This document shows positions 9,897-20,361 of a DNA stretch of 51,246 bases, piece after piece. The notes under the pieces were generated by a model, which saw nothing but the letters and a program-made list of their open reading frames with translations, made no database searches and had not been told where the DNA came from. A program made the position numbers and the translations under genes. How positions within the stretch are numbered: the stretch's first letter is position 1; each line of letters opens with the position of its first letter. The DNA is taken from sequence record SRR20825006_173. One strand, given 5' to 3'.

Positions 9897-10298
9897 ATGC
9901 CGCGAATAGATCTGCGCTTCGACCCACTGATCCTGCAAACCGCCGCCGATACGGTCGTCAAAGGTGGTGCCGGCTACCCGCCTTTCGATATTGCCTGGTT
10001 TCCCGACGAGCCGGATGGCGTGTTTCTGAGAATTACACTGGCGGTTGCCGGTTTTGGTGAAAGTGAGCTTGAGCTTTATTGCGAAAGCAATCTGCTGCTG
10101 GTGACAGGCCTTCAGGAAGATCGGCAAGATGGTGAATTTCTTTATCGTGGAATCGCCGGAAGACAGTTCAAGCGCCAGTTCCAGTTGGCGGACGGGATGG
10201 ATGTGAAGCGCGCATATCTCGAACGTGGACTTTTGAATATTGATATTAGCCGAACGCCCAAAGAGGTACGAAAAATTAACATTTCGGTTCCAGAATAG
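9897..10298 (+). CDS. Small heat-shock protein (Hsp20/IbpA-like)
   Basis: GYPPFDI, ITLAVAGF, FLYRGIA.RQF, GLLNI, C-terminal INI motif; ATG 9897 after AAAGGA. Confidence 0.88.
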   Translation: MPRIDLRFDPLILQTAADTVVKGGAGYPPFDIAWFPDEPDGVFLRITLAVAGFGESELELYCESNLLLVTGLQEDRQDGEFLYRGIAGRQFKRQFQLADGMDVKRAYLERGLLNIDISRTPKEVRKINISVPE

Positions 10299-10382
10299 GC
10301 AGGTCAGCTTGGCCCTGCCGATTTACACAAAGCGCAAGGTCAGACTTCAAAACACGACGGATTGAAAGGTCTTCCAAGCCCT

Positions 10383-10643
10383 ATGGAACCGCTGCGCGCA
10401 GAACTTAGCAACGAAATCATTCACCTTGAAAGCCTTGGCGCCGGTCATATCGGCTATTTCCGCAAGCTTGCTCTGGAAGATGCCGTTCGCCAGTTTCCCG
10501 ATGCGGCCAACCTGCATTCAAAGGCCGACAGTCTGTGGGCCCTGTTCGATGCCGATGGCTCACTGATCCTGCTCACGGAAAACCGCACCAGCATCTTCTT
10601 CAAAGCCATGGAAGACGATATCAAAACGGCCACGCTGCACTGA
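10383..10643 (+). CDS. DUF1150-like small protein
   Basis: LGAGHIGYFRK, LWALFDADG..ILL, C-terminal TLH; follows hsp20; start ATG 10383 or TTG 10362. Confidence 0.7.
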   Translation: MEPLRAELSNEIIHLESLGAGHIGYFRKLALEDAVRQFPDAANLHSKADSLWALFDADGSLILLTENRTSIFFKAMEDDIKTATLH

Positions 10644-10672
10644 GCATCCGATCTTCCGGAAAATGCCCCCAT

Positions 10673-10695
10673 AAAGCCCAAAATTTGCGGGCTTT
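10673..10695. terminator. Probable bidirectional terminator
   Basis: AAAGCCC-N9-GGGCTTT between convergent genes. Confidence 0.55.
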
Positions 10696-10701
10696 GGCAA
10701 A

Positions 10702-11439
10702 TCAGATGCGTTTGAAAGTCAGATAGGCCGTTTGCCGGCCTTCGCGTTTGGCCTTCGCTTCATAGCGTGTTCCGGGCCAGTTGGCATAAGGCACATGCCA
10801 GTCTTCCGCCGAGTGTGCTGCCCAGCGAAAACCGCCGTGGTTGCGGCAGTGAAGCAATGTCCAGTTTACATATGTATCGATATCGGATGCAAAACAGAAC
10901 AGGCCACCGGGTTTCAGCACCCGATAAAACCGGCCAAGATTGTCCTGAGAGACAAACCTGCGTTTCCAGTGCTTCCGCTTCGGCCAAGGGTCTGGATAAA
11001 GCAAATCAATGTGATCAAGACAAGCGTCAGGCAGCCAGTCGAGGATATCAACCGCATCATCATCGTAAAGACGAATATTGCCGACGCTCTTTCCTTCGAC
11101 CTGACCGAGCAGCTTGGCCATGGAATTGATGAACGGTTCTACGCCGATAAAACCGGTATCGGGGCTTTCAAGAACCCGATGGATAAGATGCTCACCGCCA
11201 CCAAAGCCGATTTCCATTCGATATTTCGCAAGATCGGCGGCAAAGAGTTCGGATATATGCACCGGCGGTGGCGCGTTCGGGTCAAGCGTCAGCTGCGGCA
11301 GGAGCTCTTCCAGATTACGCGCCTGTCGCGCACGCAGGGGTTTCCCCTTACGGCGACCAAAGAACGCTTTGCCAGCCTGTCTGCTGTCATCGCCGCTACT
11401 GCTCATCAAAAACTCCGAGATACAGACGTCCGTTTTCAC
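10702..11439 (-). CDS. trmB: tRNA (guanine-N7)-methyltransferase
   Basis: [30 protein letters not shown]; start GTG 11439 or ATG 11406. Confidence 0.95.
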   Translation of the reverse strand: MKTDVCISEFLMSSSGDDSRQAGKAFFGRRKGKPLRARQARNLEELLPQLTLDPNAPPPVHISELFAADLAKYRMEIGFGGGEHLIHRVLESPDTGFIGVEPFINSMAKLLGQVEGKSVGNIRLYDDDAVDILDWLPDACLDHIDLLYPDPWPKRKHWKRRFVSQDNLGRFYRVLKPGGLFCFASDIDTYVNWTLLHCRNHGGFRWAAHSAEDWHVPYANWPGTRYEAKAKREGRQTAYLTFKRI

Positions 11440-12674
11440 CCTTTGAGGGCCTGCTTGAGCGGCCGCACCAGATCGAGCCGTTCCCAGGAAAATGAACCGT
11501 CGCGACCGGCCTTGCGTCCGAAATGACCATAGGCAGCAGTCCTGGCGTAAATGGGCTTGTTCAAATCCAGGTGCCGACGGATGCCGGACGGCGAAAGGTC
11601 CATGACCTCCCGGATCGCCAATTCAACATCGTCTTCCCGGTATTTCCCTGTTCCGTGGAAGTCGACATAAACCGACAGGGGTTGCGCGATGCCGATCGCA
11701 TAGGAAAGCTGAATCGTGCATTTTTCTGCAAGATTGGCCGCAACCACGTTCTTGGCGAGGTAACGGGCCGCATAGGCTGCGGAGCGATCCACCTTCGTCG
11801 TATCCTTGCCGGAAAATGCGCCACCGCCGTGAGGTGCAGCGCCACCATACGTGTCGACGATAATCTTGCGGCCAGTCAGCCCGGCATCGCCATCAGGACC
11901 GCCAATAACAAACTTACCGGTCGGATTGATGTACCAATTGCAATTATCCGAAATCGGAAGCTCGCCCATTGCCTCGCGAATGTACGGCTCGACAACGCTG
12001 CGCACCTTTGCAGAATCCCAGCTTTCATCAAAATGCTGTGTCGACAAAACAATTGAAACGGCTTCTGCAGGCTTTCCATCTTCATAGCGAACCGTAACCT
12101 GGCTTTTCGCATCCGGTCCCAGAAGCGCCACATCCCCCTCGCCTGCCTTGCGGGCATCAGCCAGTGTCTGCAGAATACGATGTGCATAATAGATCGGCGC
12201 AGGCATCAGGTCCGGTGTTTCGCGGCAGGCAAAACCGAACATAATGCCCTGGTCGCCCGCGCCCTCGTCACCCTGCCGATCAGAAGCGTTATCAACGCCT
12301 TGTGCAATGTGCGCGGACTGCGCATGAAGCAAAACATCGATACGCACATTCTTCCAGTGGAACCCGTCCTGCTCATAACCGATATGTCGGATTGCCCGAC
12401 GTGCAGCCGACTTGAAACGGGATGGATTGACGATCTCGTTGCCGTTTTTGTCGAGCTTCATCAGGCTCGGCGGCAACCGCACCTCACCAGCGATAACAAC
12501 CCGGTTGGTCGTAGCCAGTGCCTCACATGCAACTCTGACCTTCCACGGATCGACATTGGTTTTAACCGCTTCACGATATACCAGATCAACGATCTCATCA
12601 GAAATCCGGTCACAAACCTTGTCCGGGTGACCTTCAGAAACAGATTCACTTGTAAAGAGATAATTGGTGCGCAT
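11436..12674 (-). CDS. metK: S-adenosylmethionine synthetase
   Basis: [32 protein letters not shown] 12674. Confidence 0.98.
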   Translation of the reverse strand: MRTNYLFTSESVSEGHPDKVCDRISDEIVDLVYREAVKTNVDPWKVRVACEALATTNRVVIAGEVRLPPSLMKLDKNGNEIVNPSRFKSAARRAIRHIGYEQDGFHWKNVRIDVLLHAQSAHIAQGVDNASDRQGDEGAGDQGIMFGFACRETPDLMPAPIYYAHRILQTLADARKAGEGDVALLGPDAKSQVTVRYEDGKPAEAVSIVLSTQHFDESWDSAKVRSVVEPYIREAMGELPISDNCNWYINPTGKFVIGGPDGDAGLTGRKIIVDTYGGAAPHGGGAFSGKDTTKVDRSAAYAARYLAKNVVAANLAEKCTIQLSYAIGIAQPLSVYVDFHGTGKYREDDVELAIREVMDLSPSGIRRHLDLNKPIYARTAAYGHFGRKAGRDGSFSWERLDLVRPLKQALKG

Positions 12675-12744
12675 CGGGATTCCCCACATAGAAACTTGCC
12701 CGATTTTGTTAGACATTTCATCTGCAAATGACAAGCGCACAACA

Positions 12745-12764
12745 ATATAAATATACGTTTATAT
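12745..12764. promoter_or_regulatory. 20-bp palindrome upstream of metK, possible SahR-type operator
   Basis: ATATAAA-TATACG-TTTATAT about 70 nt upstream of the metK ATG. Confidence 0.5.
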
Positions 12765-12865
12765 CAGCACCGACTGGCTGAACGCGGCTCTGAGTGAAAA
12801 CGCAGGAAATCGGCAGAAGGCAGAAAGCCGCCTTCCGCTCTGTTGGCATAGAAGTACCTTGCGCC

Positions 12866-13279
12866 CTACTCGGCCTCTGCTGCCAGTGTCTTTACTAGGT
12901 CAACGAGCTTCCGTCGCACCTTCGGATCTCCGATCTTCACAAACGCCCTGTTCAGCTGAAGACCTTCCGAAGACGAAAGAAAATCGACGACATAGCTGGA
13001 GCTGGAAGCTTCCGCCATGCCAGACGCACTGGTGCCATGATCACCCGGCGCATCTTCGAAGAAAAACGAGACCGGAACATTCAGAATAGTTGAAATATTC
13101 TGAAGTCGGCTGGCGCCGACACGGTTGGTACCCTTCTCGTATTTCTGAATCTGTTGAAATGTGATTCCAAGGCTTTCACCAAGCTTTTCCTGGCTCATGC
13201 CCAACATCGTACGGCGCAATCTGATCCGACTCCCGACGTGAACGTCGATCGGGTTCGGCTTCTTTTTATTTTCTGTCAT
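12866..13279 (-). CDS. XRE-family HTH transcriptional regulator
   Basis: PNPIDVHVGSRIRLRR..GMSQEKLG..LGITFQQIQKYEKGTNRVGASRL. Confidence 0.93.
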   Translation of the reverse strand: MTENKKKPNPIDVHVGSRIRLRRTMLGMSQEKLGESLGITFQQIQKYEKGTNRVGASRLQNISTILNVPVSFFFEDAPGDHGTSASGMAEASSSSYVVDFLSSSEGLQLNRAFVKIGDPKVRRKLVDLVKTLAAEAE

Positions 13280-13524
13280 TGTTCTTCCTTAGTTCCAATT
13301 TGGCGAGTGACCCGAGCCAAAGCCCGCCATTGTCAATACAACCACAAGATTTAGGCAATAAAAAGCCCTAGTTGCGTGCGGAAGCACTTCACTATGCAAT
13401 TTTAGGGTTTTTCGGTCAATTCAGTGTGAATTGCGAAACCTAAGCGTGAGTATAAAAGAACTAATAAAGAGATACATTTAACTACCATTGGTAGTATTTT
13501 CGCACATTATAATCAAGCCACACT

Positions 13525-15033
13525 TTATTGGAGTGTCATTTTTATATCTCCATAACCTGCCTGATCAAACGGCAACCGCTGAATGATCCGACCGGAGGCT
13601 GTAATGATCGCGCTAACGCCGTTTTCACCGACACGAATCATAGGTTTTCCAGCCTCGACAGCACGAAGTCGCGCCTGTGCAAAATGCTGGAAAGGCCCGG
13701 GGGTTCGCCCAAACCATGAATCATAGGTAATATTGAGCAGCAGGTCAGAACCGTCAGCTGCCTGACCAGTCAGACGTGGAAAAATTGCTTCATAACAAAC
13801 CAGCGGATAGAGCTTCAGGCCATTAGGCAGCACAAGCACCTTCCGGTTTGGAACCGGGATATAACTGCCACCGATATTGGAGAGCGTATCAAAACCAAGT
13901 GAACGCAAGAAACTTTCAAATGGAAGGTACTCGCCAAATGGTACGAGATGCGTTTTTCCTGCGATGGAAACGGTCTCCCCTTCATCATTCACGGCGTAAA
14001 TCGCGTTGTAAAACTTCGGCCACCCATCCGGCGTTCTGGCAGCAAAGTTTGCGGCGCCAAAAATCAGTACCTGTCCCGGCTGAAGTGTTTCTGCAATCAC
14101 CGTGCGTGCATCAGGCCGCTCCTCAAGCAGAAACGGCAAAATACTCTCCGGCCATACGATAACGTCAGGACGGTCTCCCGCGCCCGGCTCCACCGCCGAT
14201 GACATCGCAATCATGGTTGCAAATATATTCTGACGCCCTTCATGATTGCGCCATAGCTCATCTTTAAAGGTTGGTTGAACCAGGCGAAATGTAATCGACT
14301 TGCCATCTGGCGTCACTTCACGCGAAAGTGAATGCACGCCGTACCCAATGTCGAAGAAAATGATCACTGCAACCAGAACTAAACCGGCATTTCGTTGGCG
14401 GCTGCCAAAAGAGAATAAAGCCGGTGCAGCAAAAACGAAGAAGGCCAATCCACTGAGAACATAGATTCCTGTCAACCGGACGATTTGCATGAAAAGCGGT
14501 GTAGGTACAGCGGTATAAGCCAGTGCATTCCATGGAAACCCGCTGGCGACATGCCCGCGCAACCATTCTACAGCGATAAATGAAAGCGCCAGAGCAACGA
14601 TCCGCAGCAGGCCCGGGCGCGGAACCAGTGCCGCCAGTGCAGCAGCAAAGCCATAAAACAGGGCAAGAACAGATTGCAGGCCAAACACAGCAAGCGGTAG
14701 CGCCCAGGCGAAGTGCGCGGCATCTTTCAGGACCGCGACGCCGAGCCACCAGAGCCCGAAGACAAAATAGCCGAACCCGAACCACCAGCCGGCGACAAAA
14801 CCACGACGAAACCGCAGCTTGAGCGACAGACCGGTCAGAGCCCCATCCAGAAGCCACACGAAACAGGGCACTGAAATGAACATCACAGGAATAAAGCCAA
14901 AGGGTGCAAGGGCAAATGTGGCGAGCGCACCGCAGGCAAACAAGGCTGCGAAGAGACGCCAGCCATCAAGCCGCTGAAGGCCAGTTTTCAGCAGAGCCAG
15001 CGCAGCCCCGGATTTTGCCGAAATGCTCCTCAC
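13525..15033 (-). CDS. lnt: Apolipoprotein N-acyltransferase
   Basis: TM N-terminal half, GFPWN, nitrilase triad in WPES / KTHLVPFGEY / VCYE. Confidence 0.92.
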   Translation of the reverse strand: MRSISAKSGAALALLKTGLQRLDGWRLFAALFACGALATFALAPFGFIPVMFISVPCFVWLLDGALTGLSLKLRFRRGFVAGWWFGFGYFVFGLWWLGVAVLKDAAHFAWALPLAVFGLQSVLALFYGFAAALAALVPRPGLLRIVALALSFIAVEWLRGHVASGFPWNALAYTAVPTPLFMQIVRLTGIYVLSGLAFFVFAAPALFSFGSRQRNAGLVLVAVIIFFDIGYGVHSLSREVTPDGKSITFRLVQPTFKDELWRNHEGRQNIFATMIAMSSAVEPGAGDRPDVIVWPESILPFLLEERPDARTVIAETLQPGQVLIFGAANFAARTPDGWPKFYNAIYAVNDEGETVSIAGKTHLVPFGEYLPFESFLRSLGFDTLSNIGGSYIPVPNRKVLVLPNGLKLYPLVCYEAIFPRLTGQAADGSDLLLNITYDSWFGRTPGPFQHFAQARLRAVEAGKPMIRVGENGVSAIITASGRIIQRLPFDQAGYGDIKMTLQ

Positions 15034-16265
15034 CGGCCGTGTTTTACGGCTTTGAAAGGCGTTTCGCCGTCTTCGACCGTATCATCATCGGCATGTGTGA
15101 TGTCTTCCAGCACCTCCGGTGCATGGGACGGGTCCAGCACATCCTCCGGTGCAACAGTATCCGACGCTCCGATTCTGGCAGCATGGCGTCTGCGGGCCGG
15201 GCTGCGTTTGCGAAGAACACGCACACGCCGGATCCGACGCGGGTCGGCGTCGAGGATATGAACCTCAAATCCCGGAAGAGACTGTATCACCTCGCCACGC
15301 GCCGGAATGCGTCCGATCGCCGAGAAGATCAGCCCGCCGAGCGTATCAACATCCTCGGCATGTTCCCCGACATCGAAATCAGGACCGATGGCTTCGGCAA
15401 TATCTTCAAGCTCGACACGCGCATCGGCCAGAAAAACGTCTTCCGAAACCTGCGTGAACATTGCCTCTTCCGAATCGTGTTCATCATCGATTTCGCCGAT
15501 AACCATTTCCACGATATCTTCGTGCGAGACGAGACCATCCGTACCGCCGTATTCATCGATAACAAGCGCCATCTGCGTGCGGCCTGCCTGCATGCGCTGC
15601 AACAGATCGGATGCCAGCATGGAAGGAGGCACAAACAGGACCGGACGGATGATGCCGGCATCAACGATGGATTTATCAAGACTGACACGCGCCATGTCGA
15701 GAGCGCTTTGAGACGCCGTATCCTTGTGGCTCTGTGGCTTCACCGAAGCAGTGTGACCGTTACGGCTTGTGGCAGTACGGCGATGCCTGCGTCCACGCGC
15801 CTGCTTGGAGATGTAAGCAAGCAGATCACGGATGTGAACCATACCACGCGGATCATCAAGCGTTTCGCAAAAAACCGGCATTCGCGAGTGACCGCAATTT
15901 TCGAAAATCAGCAATAACTCGCCAACGGAAATGCTCTGCTCCACCGCATCAATGTCAGCGCGCGGGACCATGACATCTTCAACCCGCACTTCACGGAAGC
16001 GCAGAATATTGTTGAGCATGGCCCTCTCGTCCGGCGAAAAGTCGCTATCGCCACCCGTTTCCGAAAGTGCATCGGCCAAATTTTCGCGCAAACGCGACGC
16101 ACCATGACCATTGCGCCGAAAACGCATGAAAAGACCTTTGAGAGGTGATCCTGATGATTTTCTCGAGTTCCTGTCCGAAGCCGGACTGTTAGGTTCCTCA
16201 AGTTCAGATTCGTTTGACGAATCTTGCCCGCTTTCTTGCAGCGGTGCGATCTGTTGATGGTTCAT
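15030..16265 (-). CDS. CBS-domain CorC/TlyC (hemolysin-family) protein
   Basis: DVMVPR, HSRMPV, VIDEYGGTDGLVS.EDI.E...GEI.DEHD and a CorC C-terminal domain. Confidence 0.9.
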   Translation of the reverse strand: MNHQQIAPLQESGQDSSNESELEEPNSPASDRNSRKSSGSPLKGLFMRFRRNGHGASRLRENLADALSETGGDSDFSPDERAMLNNILRFREVRVEDVMVPRADIDAVEQSISVGELLLIFENCGHSRMPVFCETLDDPRGMVHIRDLLAYISKQARGRRHRRTATSRNGHTASVKPQSHKDTASQSALDMARVSLDKSIVDAGIIRPVLFVPPSMLASDLLQRMQAGRTQMALVIDEYGGTDGLVSHEDIVEMVIGEIDDEHDSEEAMFTQVSEDVFLADARVELEDIAEAIGPDFDVGEHAEDVDTLGGLIFSAIGRIPARGEVIQSLPGFEVHILDADPRRIRRVRVLRKRSPARRRHAARIGASDTVAPEDVLDPSHAPEVLEDITHADDDTVEDGETPFKAVKHGR

Positions 16266-16278
16266 CGTTCCTTAAGCG

Positions 16279-16785
16279 TTAAACCGGGTCCGTACCCTGA
16301 TACGGATCAGATAGGTTAAGTGCGGCCAAAATGCGAGTCTCAAGACCCTCCATAAGCTCCGCATCCTGTTTTTCTACATGATCATAACCCAAAAGATGCA
16401 AAAAACCATGGGTCAGGAGATGCATCAGATGCTCGTCGAAGCTTTTTCCCAGCTCAACCGCCTCACGCGCCACCGTCTCATATGCAATCACAATGTCGCC
16501 GAGCATTGGACCTGGCATCTGGCCAGGGGCAACCGGAAAGGCTGGAAAAGACAAAACATTCGTAGGCTTGTCCTGCCCACGCCATTCTGCATTGATCCCG
16601 CGAACATCTTCATCATCAGTGAAGACGAGCGACAGTTCAACCGCTGCATCGGGAAAAGGCTGATTTTCTTCGGTCTGAAGAAGCCTCGTCGCGGTCGGAA
16701 TAACACGTTCTACCAGTTCTTCGAGAACATCCTCCGAAGGCCAGTCCTGGCTTTCGCGCATCAGTTGGAAATCAAACAAAGCCAT
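16279..16785 (-). CDS. ybeY: rRNA maturation RNase YbeY
   Basis: DKPTNVLSFP, LGDI, HGFLHLLGYDH. Confidence 0.97.
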   Translation of the reverse strand: MALFDFQLMRESQDWPSEDVLEELVERVIPTATRLLQTEENQPFPDAAVELSLVFTDDEDVRGINAEWRGQDKPTNVLSFPAFPVAPGQMPGPMLGDIVIAYETVAREAVELGKSFDEHLMHLLTHGFLHLLGYDHVEKQDAELMEGLETRILAALNLSDPYQGTDPV

Positions 16786-16788
16786 TTT

Positions 16789-17850
16789 TCAGGTGCCGTT
16801 GCTTTCATCACCGGGCACGGCTGCAGACGCCTTTCCCCCTCCCTCATACGCCGCGACAATGCGGGCGACGAGCGGATGACGGACAACGTCCTTGTCGGAA
16901 AAGCGGGTCGTCGATACACCTTCAACGCCGTTGAGAACATCCAGAGCCTCGATCAAACCGGATCGCACACCACGCGGCAGGTCAACCTGGCTGGGATCAC
17001 CCGTTACGATCATACGCGAATTTTCACCAAGACGGGTCAGAAACATCTTCATCTGCATGGAGGTGGTATTTTGGGCTTCATCCAGAATAACAGCTGCATT
17101 CGTCAGAGTGCGACCACGCATGAAGGCCAGCGGCGCTATTTCAATGACACCGGCGGTCATAGCGCGCTCGACCCGCTCACCGGGAATCATGTCATAAAGC
17201 GCGTCATAAAGCGGTCGCAGATAAGGATCGACCTTCTCCTTCATGTCACCGGGCAGGAAGCCAAGCCGTTCCCCGGCTTCAACAGCCGGGCGCGAAAGAA
17301 TGATTTTCTCAATCGCACCGCGTTCAAGCAGCTGTGCGGCATAGGCAACGGCAAGATAGGTTTTGCCCGTACCGGCAGGGCCAACACCAAACACCAGTTC
17401 ACTCCGCTCCATGGCGCGAATATAGGCGTCCTGCATGGGCGTACGTGCGGCAATCGATTTTTTCCGCGTTGAAATCTGGGACATCGACAAACGCGCCTTG
17501 CGCTCCATCGTCGGCAGGGTGAGTTGATCGTCGGCGGCCTGCGCCATACGAACAGCCCCTTCAACATCGGATTTTTCCACACTTGCGCCTTTTTGAAGCT
17601 GCGCATACAGGTAATCAAGCGCGCGACGCGCCTGACCAGTGGCAACGGACGGTCCGCTCAGGGTAACCGAATTACCTCGCGCAACGGCGTTGATACCAAG
17701 CTGCATTTCCAGCAATTTCAGATGCTCATCAAACTGACCGAACAATTCGCTGGCATAACGATTGTTCTCGAAGGTGAGCACGAAATGGCTGGCCTCAACC
17801 GAGGAACCTTCTTGCGTAGCGTGCTCTGCAACCAGTTCTGTAGCGTTCAA
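16789..17850 (-). CDS. phoH: PhoH-family ATPase (YbeZ-like)
   Basis: GPAGTGKT, RPAVEAGERLGFLPGD, FMRGRTL, DEAQN; likely TTG start at 17850 with SD GGAG. Confidence 0.93.
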   Translation of the reverse strand: MNATELVAEHATQEGSSVEASHFVLTFENNRYASELFGQFDEHLKLLEMQLGINAVARGNSVTLSGPSVATGQARRALDYLYAQLQKGASVEKSDVEGAVRMAQAADDQLTLPTMERKARLSMSQISTRKKSIAARTPMQDAYIRAMERSELVFGVGPAGTGKTYLAVAYAAQLLERGAIEKIILSRPAVEAGERLGFLPGDMKEKVDPYLRPLYDALYDMIPGERVERAMTAGVIEIAPLAFMRGRTLTNAAVILDEAQNTTSMQMKMFLTRLGENSRMIVTGDPSQVDLPRGVRSGLIEALDVLNGVEGVSTTRFSDKDVVRHPLVARIVAAYEGGGKASAAVPGDESNGT

Positions 17851-18091
17851 GCGGTCAAGCTCCCTGATCAGCGAGAAAGCGCGGGAAGCCGGGATCTGGC
17901 CGGTCATCGCCGCACTGTAATTGAGAAAGAGACACGAAATATCGCCCTGTCAAAGACAGAAAGCTGAAGTCGATAATCTGAGTCTTGTTTTGCAAGGTGC
18001 ACTTCATAATCAGAAAGCTAAACGTGAATTTTGTCTTTGTGAAGCAAATTGTCTTTTTCACAAAGCAATTTCACAGAGCCGTTACAGATGA

Positions 18092-19480
18092 TCAGATCCG
18101 CACGGCGGCCAGGCTGTTGGCGCTCGCGTCAACAATCCTGACTCTCACCATATCGCCAATCCTTTCGCCGGCGGCATCCAGCACCACGGCCTGAAGCCAC
18201 GGCGAGCGCCCGATAAGCTGCCCTTCCTGGCGACCCGGTTTTTCCAGCAGAACATCCATTTCCATACCGATGCGAGACTGGGCAAATTCGAGTTGGTGCC
18301 TAGTCAGCACCGTTTGAAGCCGCTGCAGACGTTCAGCCTTCGCCTCTTCCGGAACATGATTTTTCATGTCCGCCCCGGGGGTTCCCGGACGCGGTGAGTA
18401 CTTAAACGAAAAGGCCTGCGCGTAACGGACCTTTTCCACCAGATCGAGCGTGGCCTGAAAGTCCTCTTCCGTCTCGCCGGGAAAGCCGACAATAAAATCA
18501 CCGGACAAGGCGATATCAGGCCGGGTCGCGCGAATGCGATCAATCAGGGCCAGATATTCGTCTGCCGTATGACGACGGTTCATGGCTTTCAGGATGCGGT
18601 CTGAACCGGCCTGCACCGGGAGGTGCAGATAAGGCATCAATTTCGGCAGATCGCGATGGGCCTCCATCAACCTCGCGTCCATATCGCGCGGATGGCTGGT
18701 GGTGTAACGCAACCGTTCGATGCCTTGAATTTCTGCCAGGCCAAACAGAAGCTCTCCAAGACCCCAGTCAGCGCCATCAGGGCCGCTACCATGCCAGGCG
18801 TTGACGTTCTGCCCCAAAAGCGTGATCTCGCGTACGCCGTTTTCGGCGAGCCGTTTTGCCTCATCAACAATCTGCTGGCGTGAGCGCGAAACCTCGGAGC
18901 CACGCGTGTAAGGCACAACGCAGAAGGTGCAGAATTTGTCGCAGCCCTCCTGCACAGTCAAAAACGCCGTGACATTCTTCGGCTGTGCGGAACGTTCCTT
19001 TTTGGGAAGGTAGTCGAATTTGTCCTCAACAGCGTATTCAGTATCGACAATCCGCTCACCGGCTTTGGCCCTGTGCAGGGCCTGCGGAAGACGGTGATAG
19101 GTCTGCGGGCCGATTACAACACTGACATCAGGCGCGCGACGCAGGATTTCCTCACCTTCGGCCTGTGCCACACAACCAGCAACGCCGATCAGCGTTTCGC
19201 GTCCCTGTTTCAGGCGCTTTGCCTTCAGTTCACGATAACGTCCGAGCGCGGAGTAGACCTTCTCCGCTGCCTTTTCCCGAATATGGCATGTGTTGAGCAA
19301 AATAAGATCAGCGTCTTCGATTACCTCGGTCTGCTGATAGCCATCAGCAGCCAGAGCTTCGCCCATGCGCTCGGAATCATAGACATTCATCTGACAGCCA
19401 TAGGTTTTGATGAAAACCTTGCGCTGATTGGTGACGTCTACAGCCGTTTCCTGCCGTGTCAATGTTGTTTCCTGTGTCAT
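18092..19480 (-). CDS. miaB: tRNA-2-methylthio-N6-isopentenyladenosine synthase
   Basis: [11 protein letters not shown], radical-[16 protein letters not shown]-terminus. Confidence 0.97.
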   Translation of the reverse strand: MTQETTLTRQETAVDVTNQRKVFIKTYGCQMNVYDSERMGEALAADGYQQTEVIEDADLILLNTCHIREKAAEKVYSALGRYRELKAKRLKQGRETLIGVAGCVAQAEGEEILRRAPDVSVVIGPQTYHRLPQALHRAKAGERIVDTEYAVEDKFDYLPKKERSAQPKNVTAFLTVQEGCDKFCTFCVVPYTRGSEVSRSRQQIVDEAKRLAENGVREITLLGQNVNAWHGSGPDGADWGLGELLFGLAEIQGIERLRYTTSHPRDMDARLMEAHRDLPKLMPYLHLPVQAGSDRILKAMNRRHTADEYLALIDRIRATRPDIALSGDFIVGFPGETEEDFQATLDLVEKVRYAQAFSFKYSPRPGTPGADMKNHVPEEAKAERLQRLQTVLTRHQLEFAQSRIGMEMDVLLEKPGRQEGQLIGRSPWLQAVVLDAAGERIGDMVRVRIVDASANSLAAVRI

Positions 19481-19550
19481 GGCAGGCCTTTTAACGCGGA
19501 TTTGGGCCGGAGAAAATCAAAAAATCGTCAGCCGTGATGACGCCTCCCGT

Positions 19551-20336
19551 TCAGCGCCCCCGCAGACGATCAACCAGAAGTGTCCGCATTCGTGCCTCGA
19601 CCTCGATAGCGGCCATTTTACGCTTTGTCGTGGCATCGAAAACCACGCTTTCGCCGAAGCAGACATCAACATCAAGTGCCCGTGCCTTGATAACGTCGGC
19701 CAGTGAAGGCAGCATTTCCACATCACCCGGCCACGCCACGATGGGACGCTGAAAACGCCCCATCGGCATCCCTTGTATGCCGGTATAGGCGACGGCGACA
19801 GGCTGAACGTAAACCTTGCCTTCCGGCGCATCGGCCACCGCACTCGAAGCCGCACCGAACAATGAATACTTCAGTGGCCAGAGGCGATTTCCGTCAGATG
19901 TCGTGCCTTCCGGAAACAGGATCACAATCTCACCACCAGCCAGCCGCCGCGCGATCGTACCGACCTGCGAACTTGTCCCCTTCCGGTCGCCGCGCTCAAC
20001 AAAAACAGAGTTCTGAAGCCGGGCAAACAGTCCAAAAACCGGCCATGATTTAACCTCGGACTTTGCAATAAAGGCCACATCTGTGACCCGCCCCAGGACA
20101 ATGATGTCAAGCCAGGAAGTATGATTGACCGAGAGCATCAAAGGCCGGTTCGACTCAATCCTACCACGTATATGCACCCGTATACCGAGCACGAAACAGG
20201 CGACAATATGCCAGTAACGGGGCAGCTTGTGTGCCAGCTTCCAGCCGCGCCAGAGACAAACCACCTGCAATGGTGCCAGAACAAGTGTCGCGATCAGCAG
20301 AACAAAAGCCACAAAGGCATAACGCATATAGATCAT
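19551..20336 (-). CDS. olsA: PlsC-family acyltransferase, probably lyso-ornithine lipid O-acyltransferase
   Basis: NHTSWLD and FPEGT motifs; position just upstream of miaB matches rhizobial olsA (from recall); ATG 20336. Confidence 0.75.
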   Translation of the reverse strand: MIYMRYAFVAFVLLIATLVLAPLQVVCLWRGWKLAHKLPRYWHIVACFVLGIRVHIRGRIESNRPLMLSVNHTSWLDIIVLGRVTDVAFIAKSEVKSWPVFGLFARLQNSVFVERGDRKGTSSQVGTIARRLAGGEIVILFPEGTTSDGNRLWPLKYSLFGAASSAVADAPEGKVYVQPVAVAYTGIQGMPMGRFQRPIVAWPGDVEMLPSLADVIKARALDVDVCFGESVVFDATTKRKMAAIEVEARMRTLLVDRLRGR

Positions 20337-20361
20337 GCCATATGACCGCCGAAAACCGCGC

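Noticed and set aside
12675..12865. SAM riboswitch upstream of metK
   Set aside because: No recognisable SAM-II or SAM/SAH core motifs by eye; an Rfam scan would be needed to exclude it fully
17925..17960. Pho box upstream of phoH
   Set aside because: Only a single CTGTCA half-site, on the wrong strand and without the 11-bp repeat; better read as a minus-strand TTGACA -35 element
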